64,000 bases of DNA, taken from an uncultured Alphaproteobacteria bacterium. GTDB lineage: Bacteria > Pseudomonadota > Alphaproteobacteria > MPNO01 > DASWLB01. Positions 9,167-19,963 of the stretch are shown here, piece after piece. The translations under genes and the position numbers were made by a program. The stretch is from NCBI GenBank assembly GCA_963826605.1, contig CAWGXN010000003.1, forward strand, positions 115,109 through 179,108, read 5' to 3'. The notes below the pieces were generated by a model. It worked only from the letters and a program-made list of their open reading frames with translations, was not told the DNA's origin and ran no database searches. The first letter of the stretch is position 1; every line of letters begins with the position of its first letter.

Positions 9167-11794
9167 GTGGCAACTCCCCACCCCCGGAATACCGACCCCG
9201 CGGCCTGGCTCGGCTGGCTGGCGGAGTTCCTGGTGCGCAACTCGTGGCGCCACGGGCGGGTGCTGCTCTCTGTCGTGATGCTGGCCACGGTCGGGCTCGG
9301 CTGGTTCGCCGCCACCCATCTCGGCGTCGACGCGCGCTCGGAGCGGCTGCTCGACCCCAGCCTGCCCTGGCGGCAGGAGGAGCACGCCCTCGACGCCGCC
9401 TTCCCGCAGCGCACCAACCTGCTGCTGGTGGTGGTGCAGGGCGCGACGCCGTCGGTCGCCGGCGCGGCGACGGCCAAGCTGGCGGGGGCGCTGGCCAAGG
9501 AGAACAAGCTGTTCCCCTATGTCTACGCGCCCGGCCTCGACCCCTTCCTGCAGCGCGAGGGGTTGCTTTATCTCGATCTCGGGGAAATCAAGGAGATCGC
9601 GGCGCGGCTGATCGCGGCCCAGCCGCTGATCGGCACGCTGGCCGGCGACCCCACGCTGCACGGGCTGTTCGCCGCGCTCAATCTGGGCCTCCAGGGCGTC
9701 GCCGACGGCGACGTGGACTGGTCGACGCTGGATGCGCCGGTCGCAGCCGTCACCGCCGCGACCGAGGCCGGGCTCGCCGGGCGGACGCGCTTTATCGAGT
9801 GGTCCTCGCTGTTCTCGGGCCAGCCCGCCCGGGCGGAGGAGCGGACCCAGCTCATCCTGGTCAAGCCCCAGCTCAACTACGCCACGCTCGAGGTCGGCGG
9901 CCAGGCCGAGAAGATGGTGCGCGACATGGCGCGCCGGCTTGGCCTCACGCCGGATGCGGGCGTGACGGTGCGGCTCACCGGCAGCGTGGCGCTCGACGAC
10001 GAGGAGTTCGCGAGCGTGACCAACGGCATCGGCGAGGCGACGGCCGCCTCGGTCGCGGTCGTGCTTGTGCTTTTGCTGCTGGCGATGGGCCGGCTGCGCA
10101 CCGTGCTGACCAGCCTGCTGGTGCTTGCCATCGGCCTGGTGTGGACCGGCGCCTTCGCCGCCGCGGCGGTGGGCGACCTCAACCTGGTGTCGGTCGCGTT
10201 CGTCGTGCTGTTCGTCGGGATCGCGGTCGATTTCTCGATCCAGTTCTGCGTGCGCGCGCGGGCCGAGCAGGCGCCGGGGCGGCCCGACGCCGAGGCGGCG
10301 CAGCGCACCGGCATGGCCGTCGGCGGCGGGCTGCTGCTGGCCGCGGCGACCAGCGCGATCGGCTTCCTCGCCTTCGCGCCGACCGCCTATCGCGGCGTCA
10401 GCGAGCTCGGCATCATCGCCGGCGCCAGCATGCTGATCGCGCTGCTGCTGAATCTCACCGTGCTGCCGGCGGCGCTGCGCAGCTTCGGCGCCCTGCCGGC
10501 GAGCCGGGCCGGCCGGCCACTCGGCTTCCCGCCGGCGCTGGACCACCTGGTGGTGGGCCACCGGCGGATCGTGCTCGCTCTGGCCGCACTGGTGCTGGTC
10601 GCGGCGGCGGCGGCGCTGCCGCAGCTGCGCTTCGACTTCAACCCGCTGAACCTGAAGGACCCCGACGCGCCGTCGGTGCAGACGCTCGACATGCTGACCC
10701 GCACGGGGCTGATCTCGCGCAACACGATGGAGGTCGTCGCCGCGCCGGACCAGGCGCGCGCTTTGACCGACAAGCTCGAGGCGCTGCCCGAGGTGGACCA
10801 CGTCACCTCGCTGGCGAGCTTCGTTCCCGACCACCAGAAGGAGAAGCTCGCCGTCATCGCCGACGCGGCGCAGTTCCTGCTGCCGTCGCTGGGCCTGCCG
10901 GCGGCCGGCGAGCCGCCGGGGCCGGCGGCGACGCTCGCCACCATGCGCGAGACGGTCGAGCGGCTCGACGCGCTTGCCGCGAAGCGGCCCGAGGCGCGCG
11001 CCCACGCCACCGTGCTCGCCGCCGCACTCAGGAAGGTGATCGCGCTGGGGCCGAAAGGGCTCGACCGCATCCGGCCCGGTCTCACGCGCGGGCTCGACGC
11101 CCAGATCGGCGCCATCGCCGCCACGCTCGACGCCAAGCCGGTGACGCTCAATTCGATTCCCGGCTCGATCGCCCGGGGCTGGGTGGCCGATGACGGGCGC
11201 TGGCGGCTCGAGATCTACCCCAAGGACCAGTCCGGCAACGCGGCGGTCGTGACGTTCATCCACGCCGTGCGCAGCGTGGCGCCGGATGCGGTGGGCGACG
11301 CCTATTTCGTCTACCAGGCGGGGCAGGTGGTGTGGCAGTCCTTCCAGGAGGCGTTCGGCTACGCCTTCGCCGGGGTGTGCATCGTGCTCTATTTGGTGCT
11401 GCGCCGGCTGCGCGACGTGGCGCTGGTGGTGGGGCCGCTGCTGTTCTCGGCGGTGCTGACGCTCGGCACGACGGTCGCGATCGGGCTTCCGATCAACTAC
11501 GCCAACGTGATCGCCCTGCCGCTGCTGCTCGGCATCGGGGCGGCGTTCAACATCTACTTCGTGATGAACTGGCGGGCCGGGCGCACCCACCCGCTGCAAT
11601 CGCCGACCGCGCGGGCGGTGGTGTTTTCGGCCCTGACCACGCTCGCCGCCGTCTCCTCGCTCGCCATCTCGCCGCATCGCGGCACGTCGTCGATGGGCAT
11701 CCTGCTGACGCTGTGCCTGGCCTATGCGCTGATCACGGCGCTGTTCGTGCTGCCCGCGATGCTGGCCAAGCCGCCCCACCCGCCCGAGGGCTGA
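9167..11794 (+). CDS. MMPL/RND-superfamily exporter, HpnN-like
   Basis: Intact 875-aa ORF. It has two blocks of multiple hydrophobic helices, each preceded by a large soluble loop. The N-terminal LDPSLPWRQEE.. region resembles hopanoid-associated RND transporters. No hopanoid genes are adjacent. Confidence 0.75.
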   Translation: MATPHPRNTDPAAWLGWLAEFLVRNSWRHGRVLLSVVMLATVGLGWFAATHLGVDARSERLLDPSLPWRQEEHALDAAFPQRTNLLLVVVQGATPSVAGAATAKLAGALAKENKLFPYVYAPGLDPFLQREGLLYLDLGEIKEIAARLIAAQPLIGTLAGDPTLHGLFAALNLGLQGVADGDVDWSTLDAPVAAVTAATEAGLAGRTRFIEWSSLFSGQPARAEERTQLILVKPQLNYATLEVGGQAEKMVRDMARRLGLTPDAGVTVRLTGSVALDDEEFASVTNGIGEATAASVAVVLVLLLLAMGRLRTVLTSLLVLAIGLVWTGAFAAAAVGDLNLVSVAFVVLFVGIAVDFSIQFCVRARAEQAPGRPDAEAAQRTGMAVGGGLLLAAATSAIGFLAFAPTAYRGVSELGIIAGASMLIALLLNLTVLPAALRSFGALPASRAGRPLGFPPALDHLVVGHRRIVLALAALVLVAAAAALPQLRFDFNPLNLKDPDAPSVQTLDMLTRTGLISRNTMEVVAAPDQARALTDKLEALPEVDHVTSLASFVPDHQKEKLAVIADAAQFLLPSLGLPAAGEPPGPAATLATMRETVERLDALAAKRPEARAHATVLAAALRKVIALGPKGLDRIRPGLTRGLDAQIGAIAATLDAKPVTLNSIPGSIARGWVADDGRWRLEIYPKDQSGNAAVVTFIHAVRSVAPDAVGDAYFVYQAGQVVWQSFQEAFGYAFAGVCIVLYLVLRRLRDVALVVGPLLFSAVLTLGTTVAIGLPINYANVIALPLLLGIGAAFNIYFVMNWRAGRTHPLQSPTARAVVFSALTTLAAVSSLAISPHRGTSSMGILLTLCLAYALITALFVLPAMLAKPPHPPEG

Positions 11795-11903
11795 GCGTTC
11801 CCGTTCCGTCCATTGCGGGGCCGGAACGGCGGATGTAGGGTGGCAGGCATTAACCCGCGCCTGTCATAATTGCGTAACGCGCCTACGCAACAAGGAGACT
11901 TCA

Positions 11904-14058
11904 TTGTCGCCGAGTAATGACACGGGCGTGACCGTGGCCGGAAAAGCACGAGGGGCCTCGCGCCTCGCGGACGACGACGCCCCGCCGCGCACCCGCGCGG
12001 CGCCGACGGCGCGCGCCGACGCGCACGCGCCGGGGCGGTTCATCAACCGCGAGCTGTCGTGGCTCGCCTTCAACGAGCGCGTGCTCGAGGAGGCGATGAA
12101 CGACCGCCACCCGCTTCTGGAGCGGGTGCGCTTCCTGTCGATCTCGGCGGCCAACATCAACGAGTTCTTCATGGTGCGCGTCGCCGGCCTCAAGGGCCAG
12201 CGCCGGGTCGGCATCGAGACGCCGAGCCCCGACGGCATGACGCCCAGCCAGCAGATCGACGCGGTGCTGGAGCGGTCGCGCTCGCTGATGGTCGACCAGC
12301 AGCGCTGCTGGGCCGAGCTGCACGAGAAGCTGCGCGCCGAGAACATCGTCGTGCTCGACCTCGACGAGCTGACCGACGCCGACCGCACCTGGGCGAACCA
12401 GTTCTTCAACGAGCAGATCTTCCCGGTCCTCACCCCCATCGCCATCGACCCGCTGCACCCGTTCCCGTTCATTCCGAATCTCGGCTACTCGATGGCACTC
12501 CGGCTGCACCGCAAGTCGGACGGCGGCATGCTGACCGGCCTGGTGCCGCTGCCCCAGCACGTGCCGCGCTTCATCCGCGTGCCGGGCGACGGGCATCCGG
12601 TTCGTCCGGCGCGAGCAGATCATCCACCTCCATCTCGGCCAGCTCTTCCCCGGCTTCGACGTCACCGCGATCGGCTATTTCCGCGTGCTGCGCGATTCCG
12701 ACATCGACATCGAGGAGGAGGCGGAGGACCTGGTCCACATGTTCCTCAACGCCATGCACCGCCGGCGCCGGGGCAGCGTGATCCGCCTCACCATCGATTC
12801 CGGCATGCCGGCGGAGCTGCGCAGCTTCGTCGCCCAGAAGCTCGAGGCCCGGCCCGACGACCTGCTCGAGATCGACGGGATGATCGGGCTCGCCGACACG
12901 TCGGGCGTGATCGTGCCCGAGCGGCTCGACCTCCAGTTCAAGCCGTTCGACCCGCTGGAATCGCGTGCCGTGCGCGCCGCCTCGGGCAATTGCTTCGCCG
13001 CCATCCGCAAGGCGGACGTTCTGGTGCACCACCCGTACGAATCGTTCGACATCGTCGTGCAGTTCCTGCAGCAGGCGGCACGCGACCCGGCCGTGGTGGC
13101 GATCAAGCAGACGCTCTACCGCACCTCGGACGCCTCGCCCATCGTCGCCGCGCTGTGCGAGGCGGCCGAGGGGGGCAAGTCGGTCACCGCCCTGGTGGAG
13201 ATCAAGGCGCGCTTCGACGAGGAGCGCAACCTGCGCTGGGCGCAGGACCTGGAACGCTCCGGCGTGCACGTCATCTACGGCTTCGCCGAGCTCAAGACCC
13301 ACGCCAAGGTGTCGCTGATCGTCCGGCGCGAGGGGGCGGCGCTGCGCAGCTACGTGCATTTCGGCACCGGCAACTACCATCCGATCACGGCGCGCATCTA
13401 TACCGACTTGTCGCTGTTCACCTGCCGGCCCGAGTTCGGCCGCGACGCCGCGCATTTGTTCAACTACATGACCGGCTATGCCCGGCCCGAGCATCTGGAG
13501 AAGCTCGCCGTCTCGCCCATCGCGCTGCGCGGCGCGCTGATCGGGCGCATCCATGGCGAGGTGGAGCACGCGCGCGCCGGCCGGCCGGCGGCGATCTGGG
13601 CCAAGCTCAACGCGCTGGTCGATCCCGAGATCATCGACGAGCTCTACGCTGCCTCGCAGGCGGGGGTGGAGATCGACCTGGTGGTGCGCGGCATCTGCTG
13701 CCTGCGGCCGGGCGTCGCCGGGCTGTCCGAGCGCATCCGGGTGAAGTCGATCGTCGGCCGGTTCCTGGAGCACGCGCGCATCGTCTGCTTCGGCGCGGGC
13801 GGCGGGCTGCCCTCCGACACGGCCGAGGTGTTCATGTCCTCGGCCGACTGGATGCCGCGCAATTTCGACCGCCGGATCGAGGTGCTGGTGCCGGTCGAGG
13901 ATGCGGCCGCGCGGTGGCGCGTGCTCGACCAGATCCTGCCGGCCAACCTGCGCGACGTGCGCCAGTCCTGGCTGCTGGGCGGCGACGGCAGCTACGCCCG
14001 CGCCACCTCCCCGCCGGACGGGTTCTCCGCCCACGATTTCTTCCTCGAACAGCGCTGA
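11904..14058 (+). pseudogene. ppk: Polyphosphate kinase 1; one frameshift near 12600
   Basis: TTG start at 11904, preceded by AAGGAGA. The N-terminal part RFINRELSWLAFNERVLEEA..RVRFLSISAANINEFFMVRV is in ORF 11904... The C-terminal part ..HAKVSLIVRRE..YVHFGTGNYH..GRFLEHARI.. is in ORF 12685..14058. Total length is 3n+1. Confidence 0.9.
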
Positions 14059-14154
14059 CGGGGGCCGACGGCCACCATCCCGCCACACGGGATGATGTTG
14101 CGCGCGGCCGATTCGCGTACAACATAGGGCTGGGTGGCAAGGCAAGGGCTCAGC

Positions 14155-15652
14155 ATGGCGACGAGGGGTTCTGACGCGCCGTTTGCCGTGATCGACCTCG
14201 GCTCCAACACGGTGCGTCTCGTCGTGTTCGAGCGGCTGGGGCGCGTGCCGGTGCCTGTGGTCAACGAGCGCGTCTTCTGCGAGCTTGGCCGCGGCGTCGG
14301 CGCAACGGGCCGGCTCGACGAAAGCCGGGTCGCCCCGCTGATGGACTGCCTCGCCCGGTTCGTGCGCCTTGCCGCCTCGTTCGGCGCCCCGCAGGTGGCG
14401 GTGCTCGCCACCTCGGCGGTGCGCGACGCGTCCAACGGGCCCGAGCTGGTGGACCGCATCCGCGCCCGCTTCCCGGCCGAGATCGTGGTGCTGTCGGGCG
14501 AGGAGGAGGCGCGGCTCGCCGCCGAGGGCGTCATCTCCGGGATGCCCGAGGCCGACGGGCTGGTCGGCGACCTGGGCGGCGGCTCGCTCGAGGTCACCGA
14601 GGTGGCGGGCGGCCGCACCGGCCGGTCCGTATCGCTGCCGCTCGGCCCGCTGCGCCTCAACGAGGCGAGCAAGGGCGACATGGCCCAGGCGGGGCGCGAG
14701 ATCGCCGAGCGGCTCAAGCGGCTCGACTGGCTCGATGCCGGCCGCGACCGCGACTTCTACGCCGTGGGCGGGTCGTGGCGGGCGCTCGCCCAGGTCAACA
14801 TGGACCAGACCGCCTATCCCATCCACATGGTCCACGGCTACGCCGTCCCCCGCAAGGAAGCGGCGAGTCTCGCCACTTTGGTGCGTGGGCTCGGTCCGCA
14901 ATCTCTGGCGCGGATCGGGGGCGTCGCCGAGCGCCGCCTCGCCCTGATGCCGCTCGGCGCCGCCGTGCTGGGCGAGCTGGTCGCCCGCGTCAAGCCGAGC
15001 CGGGTGGTGTTCTCCGCCGCCGGGCTGCGCGAGGGGTTCCTGTTCAGCCGGCTCGATGCGCGCGAGCGGGCGCGCGATCCCCTTCTCGCGGCGTCCGAGG
15101 CGCTGGCCGCGCGCGAGGCGCGCGATCCGGGGTTGGCCGCGCGGCTCGATGCGTGGATACGCCCGCTGTTCCCGGCGGACAGCCCGGCCGAGGCGCGGCT
15201 TCGACGTGCCGCCTGCCTGCTTGCCGACGTCGGCTGGCGCGAGCATCCCGACTACCGCGCGCACGCTGGTGTTCCGCCGCATGCTGCACCACCCGTTCCT
15301 GGCGATCGACCATCACGAGCGGGTGACGCTCGCCCTCATCCTGTTCGTCCGGCTCGGCGGCAAGCTGGGCCGCGCGGCCCTGCTCGATCCCGCCTCGTCG
15401 CTGCTGGACGAGGTGGACAAGCAGCGCGCGCTGGCGGTCGGCAACGCGCTCCGCCTCGCCTATGCGGTGTCGGGCGGCGCGGCGGACATCCTCGACGATT
15501 CGGCGCTGCGCCTCGACGGCAAGCGGGTCGAGCTGGTGCTGTCGGGCAAGGCCCTGCCCGAGGGGCCGCAGGTCGCCAAGTCGTTCAAGCAGCTCCTGCG
15601 CGCCACCCGCACCGAGGGCCGCATCGTCACCCCCGACCCGGCGACGGTTTAG
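14155..15652 (+). pseudogene. ppx: Exopolyphosphatase (Ppx/GppA family); one frameshift near 15262
   Basis: FAVIDLGSNTVRLVVFE and VGDLGGGSLEV motifs are in ORF 14134... The C-terminus ..LVFRRMLHHPFLAIDHHERVTLALIL.. is in ORF 15056..15652. The gene lies immediately downstream of ppk. Confidence 0.85.
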
Positions 15653-15662
15653 CTCCCACGAT

Positions 15663-15785
15663 CTGTCATCCCGGCCAGGTCGCGAGCGCAGGGAGCGGCG
15701 CGAGCCGGGATCCGTTTGGCGAAGGCCGAAGCGCGGGAAGTTGGGCCCCGGCTCTCGCCGCTCCGCGGCTTGGCCGGGGCGACAG
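15663..15785. repeat. Palindromic REP/MITE-like element, family B (TGTCATCCCGG...CCGGGGCGACAG)
   Basis: Imperfect long inverted repeat filling the gap between the convergent ppx and AsmA-family stops. Related sequence occurs at 39119-39240, with a half copy near 6925-6965. Confidence 0.6.
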
Positions 15786-15792
15786 GCCAGGA

Positions 15793-18700
15793 TTACCGCT
15801 TCTGCAGCCCCTGCAGCAGGCCGCGCAGCAGATCCTGCGGGGACGGCTTCTTGGGCTGTTGCGGCGCGGGCGCCGGCTGCTGCTGCTGCGGCTGCTGTTG
15901 CGGCGGTTGGGCGGGCTGCGAGGGCGCGGCCTGCTTGAGGCCGGGCACGAATTTCTGCAGCAGCTTCCCCGCGTTCCGCTGCAGCAGGTAGCTCTGCAGC
16001 TCGTTGGCCTGGATCGTCTCGGTCGGCGCGTCGAGCGGCCCGTGCACCCTGACGCCGAGCGCCGGCGCGTCCGGGCTGGACGCGACCTTGAGCTTGGCGG
16101 TCAGGTCGGTCTGCCAGCGCGGTAGGTCGACCGTTCCGGCGGCGGTGCCGGTGCCGGACGGCGCGGCGAGCTTGAGGTCGTCGGTGCGCATCACCCCGTT
16201 CGCCATCTTGAACGTGCCGTCGAGCGAGGTGAACTTCGTGGACCCGCCCTTCAGCGCGCTGGCGAACAGCGTGATCAGGTCGAGCGGCCGGTCGATATTC
16301 GAGAGCTGCTTGTCGACCGCGGCGAGGTCGAATCCCTTGATCGTGCCGTCCTTGACGGCGAGCTTGCCGTCGCCCGCGAGCGACGAAACCAGCGCGTACT
16401 CGCTGGTCCCCTGGCCGGCGAGCCTTGCGTCCAGATCGAGCGTGCCGCCGGCGAGGTCGAGCCGCGCCGCCTGGAACAGCGCCTTGGCGACGTTGGCCTT
16501 GGCCACGGCGATGGCGGCGGTGAGCGCCGGCGTTGCGCGCGCGTCGAGCTTGCCGGTCATGTCGAACGTGCCGTCGAAGCTCTTGCCGGTCAGCTTGGCC
16601 AGGGTCAGCACGCGGTCGGCCAGCGTCGCCTCGGCGTGCGGGTTCTCGACGCGCACGTTCTTCCATGACAGCGCCTTGGCGTCGAGCGTGACGTTGGCGT
16701 CCATCGCGCCGAGCGCGGCGAGGTCGAGCCGCTCGCGCGACCAGCGCTCGGGCTGCGCCTGAGCGAGCTGGTAGGCGGCCGGCACGACCGGAAGGCCGGC
16801 GGGCGCGGGCCTCGGCGCGGCGCGGCGGGCCGGCCGGCAGGAACGGGTCGAGCGCGATCTCGCCGCCCGTGAGCTTGGCGTCGAGCCGCGGCCGCGCGCC
16901 CGTGGTGACGAGCGTCGCCGTGCCGGTGATCTCCGCCTTGCCGGCCTTGGCATCGAGCGCGGTGACGTCGAGCTTGTCGATCCCGCCGGCGAGCTTGGCG
17001 GTGACGCTGACCGGCCCCAGCTTGGCGTCGGACGGCCGGTAGTCCGTGCCCAGCGCGGCGGCGAGGCCGGCGAGGGAAGGGTGGGCGAGGGCGATGCCGA
17101 GCGCGAGGCGCGGCTGCGCCAAGGGCTGGGCCACCGTGCCGTCGATCCGCGCCGTCGCGCCGGCGAGCACCAGCTTGCCGTCGACGGCGACGCGGCCCGC
17201 GTCGCCCTTGATCTTCGTCGCGAGGTCGAGCGGCCCCTTGCCGGCGGCGGCGAAATCGATGCCGAGCGCGCGGCCGAGCGCAGCGGCGTCCGGGTGCTTG
17301 GCGGTCAGGGTCAGGTCGAAGCCGGGCGCCGTCTCGAGCTTGTCGAGCGTGCCGGCAAGGGCGGCGGTGCCGCCCGCCGCGGCGAGGTGCGTGTCGAGGG
17401 TGAGCTTCTCGGCGCTGCCGTCGGCCTTGCCCGACAGCGCGACCTTGCCGAGCCCGCGCGGCACGGCGGCGGCATCGAGCCCGGCGAGCCGCGCCAGCGC
17501 CGCCGGGTCCTTCGCCGTGGCGTCGAACGTGCCGCGGAACACCGGGAAGCCGGTGAGATTGGACAGCGCGCCGGCCACCTTGGCGCTCGATCCCGCCACG
17601 TCGCCGATCGCGGCATTGCGGATGGTCAGCCGGCCGCCCTGCAACGTCCCGTCGAACGCGATGTTGCGGACCGGCGTGGCGTGCCAGGTCAGCACGCCGA
17701 TCTTGGCGCGCATGTTGGCGTCGAACGTCTCGAGCACGGCGAGCGCAGAACCGCCGCCAGGGCCCGGCTGCGCGGCGCCCGGGCCGCCCGGCTGGGCGCG
17801 GGACGCGGCCGCCGCCGGCGGTTTCGCCGCCGCCGCCTGCGGAGGCAGATAGGCGTCGAGGTTGAGGTGGTCGAGGTTCAGCGTGACGCCGAGCCCGGTG
17901 CGCTTGCGCAGCGCGACCACCGCGCCGCCGGTCAGGCGCGAGGCGTCGAGCCGCATCTCGACGTCGAGGATGCGGAGCTCGGCCGGCGAGGCCTTCACCT
18001 TGGCGGCGAGCGAGAACTGGCGCAGCCGGTCGGGCGGCACGGCGGCAGCGTCGAGCTTCAGCCAGTCGAGCATGCCGCGCAGATTGTCGGCCTGCACGTC
18101 GAGCGCGCCGTCGAACTGCGGCTGCCCGCCCTTGGCATCGACCAGACCGGCGAGCGAGGCCGAGCCGCCGCCCGGCAGGCGCGCGGTCGCCTGGCGCACC
18201 GTCACCTGGCCGCCCTTGAGCGAGGCGGCGAGCTTGGCGTTGCGCACCGTGCCGCCGCCGGTCTCGATCGCCTGCACGGTAAGGTCGAGCGTGCCGTCGA
18301 TCCCGCCGGGCAGGGCGAAGGGCTGCGCCTTGGCCGGCGCCCGCTCGGCCGGCTTGGCGGGCGGGGCAGGCGGCGCGGCGCCCGGCGTGGCCGGCGCGGG
18401 CGCGGGCGGGGCCCAGCCATGACGCGACGGCGATGCGGTTGACGGTCAGCGCGGCGTCGAGACGCGGCCGGCCGTCCAGCGCCAGGTTGATCCCGCCATG
18501 AGCGTGCGTCTCGCCCAGCGCCAGGTCGAGCTCGTCGAGCGCCACCGCCTTGGCCGAGCCCTTGACCGCGGCGGTCAGCTCGAGCTTGGCGGCGAGGGCG
18601 GCGGGAAGCTCGCCCTCCGGCGCCATGGCGGCGATCACCTTGGCGAGGTCGGCGGACGTCGCCTCGATGCGGCCCTGGAAACGCGGCGCGGTGCGCAGCT

Positions 18701-19463
18701 CGGCGAGCGTGCCGGTCAGCGCGATCTTGCCGTCCGCGTCGGCGAGCCCGGCGCGCAGCGCGACCGGGACCGGCCCGGCGCCACCCGTCGCGCCGAGACT
18801 CGCATCGACCGTCAACGGCGTGCCGCGCGCGGTCAGCGTGCCCTTGGCGCGGAACGGCCCGTCGAGCGAGCCGGCGGAAAGCTGCGCGTCGATCTTCTCG
18901 ATCCGCTCCGTCGTGCCGGTGGCGCGGTCGCGGTAGACGACCGTCCCGTTCTCGATGCGAAGGTCGTCGAGCCGGAACGGGGTGCGCGGCGCCGACGGCG
19001 GTTCGGTTTCGGCTTGGGGCGCGGTCGTCGGCGCAGGGCGCTGGGTGGCGGGCGGGGCGGCGCCCAGAGCGGGCGGCGGCGCGAACTGCCAGTTGGCGCG
19101 CCCGTCCGGCATGCGCTCCAGCTCGATCACCGGGTCGACCAGCTTGATGCGCGCCACCTCGATCCGCCCGCCGATCAGCGGAGCCAGGCGCACGTCGATC
19201 TCGAGCGTCTTGAGCCGCACCATCTGGGGGCTCGCCGCGCCCGGCGCGTTGGCCAGCGCCACGTCCGCCGCGACAAGATGCGGCGCGGGCAGGACCGCGA
19301 GGTCGAGATCGCCGCCGATGGTCAGGTCGCGGCCGGTCGCCTCCTTCACCTGGGCGGCGATCTCGCGCTTGTAGCCGTTCCAGTCGATCAGGCTGGGCAC
19401 GATCAGCGCCGCGGCGGCGATCAGGACGACCAGCCCCACCAGACCGAAGATCACCTTGCGCAT
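15793..19463 (-). pseudogene. AsmA-family outer-membrane biogenesis protein (about 1220 aa); two frameshifts
   Basis: The N-terminus MRKVIFGLVGLVVLIAAAALIVPSLIDWNGYKREIA.. has its ATG at 19463. The body is Gly/Ala/Leu/Asp-rich and repetitive, spread over ORFs 16605..19532(-), 15044..18277(-) and 15793..16953(-). Frame changes lie near 18410 and 16810. The C-terminal tail is P/Q-rich. Confidence 0.8.
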
Positions 19464-19606
19464 GTGCCCTGCCATCCCCTCGCGCCGCCGCGCGCCCGCG
19501 CCGGCAGTTGCGCGCCACAGCGTTTTGCGCAACGATTGCGCGCGGGTACATATAATGCCTGTTGCGTCCGCCCGGAACCCGCGGCGGGCGCGGGACGATT
19601 CAGCCG

Positions 19607-19819
19607 ATGGCCGAGATCATCAACCTCAACCGGCACCGCAAGGCGCGCAGCGGCGAGGACAAGCGCAAGGAGGCGGCCAAGAACCGCGCCCTCGCGCAGC
19701 TCACCCCCGCCGAGCGGCTGATCTTCCGCGGCGACGCCAGGCGCGCCCGCGAGGACCTCGAGAAGAAGCGGCTCGAGGACGGCGCCGACGACCAGACGCC
19801 GCCGCCCGCGCAGGAGTAG
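19607..19819 (+). CDS. Small conserved basic protein, DUF4169-like
   Basis: MAEIINLNRHRKARSGEDKRKEAAKNRA.. resembles the MxEIVNLRxARK.. family common in alphaproteobacteria. This is an internal Met of ORF 19562..19819. Confidence 0.55.
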   Translation: MAEIINLNRHRKARSGEDKRKEAAKNRALAQLTPAERLIFRGDARRAREDLEKKRLEDGADDQTPPPAQE

Positions 19820-19826
19820 CGCCTTC

Positions 19827-19929
19827 GCGCTTCGAGACGCCGGCTTTGCCGGCTCCTCAGCGCGAACGGAGGGTGGAAATTTGCCGTTCGCCCTGAGGAG
19901 CGCCCCGAGGGCGCGTCTCAAAGGGCGAA
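19827..19929. repeat. Palindromic REP/MITE-like element, family A, copy 1
   Basis: TTCGAGACGC..GCTCCTCAGCGCGAACGG / CCGTTCGCCCTGAGGAGCG..GCGCGTCTCAAAGGGCGAA. The arms are reverse complements of each other. Other copies lie at 38956-39075 and 62393-62503. Confidence 0.75.
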
Positions 19930-19963
19930 TGCCCTGCCCCGAAGCGGCCGTCCCGAACCGCCC

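Noticed and set aside
8900-11779. 959-aa ORF antisense to the MMPL exporter gene
   Set aside because: The composition is Arg/Gly/Pro/His/Gln-dominated, with no recognisable motifs. It mirrors the frame of a clearly genuine 875-aa gene. Shadow ORFs of this size are expected in very GC-rich DNA.
12571-15282. 903-aa minus-strand ORF opposite ppk/ppx. Similar cases: 44543..46858(+), 46750..48999(-), 48635..50725(-), 56525..59062(-) and 59163..61628(-) upstream part
   Set aside because: All are antisense or out-of-frame partners of recognisable conserved genes, and all have arginine-rich nonsense composition.
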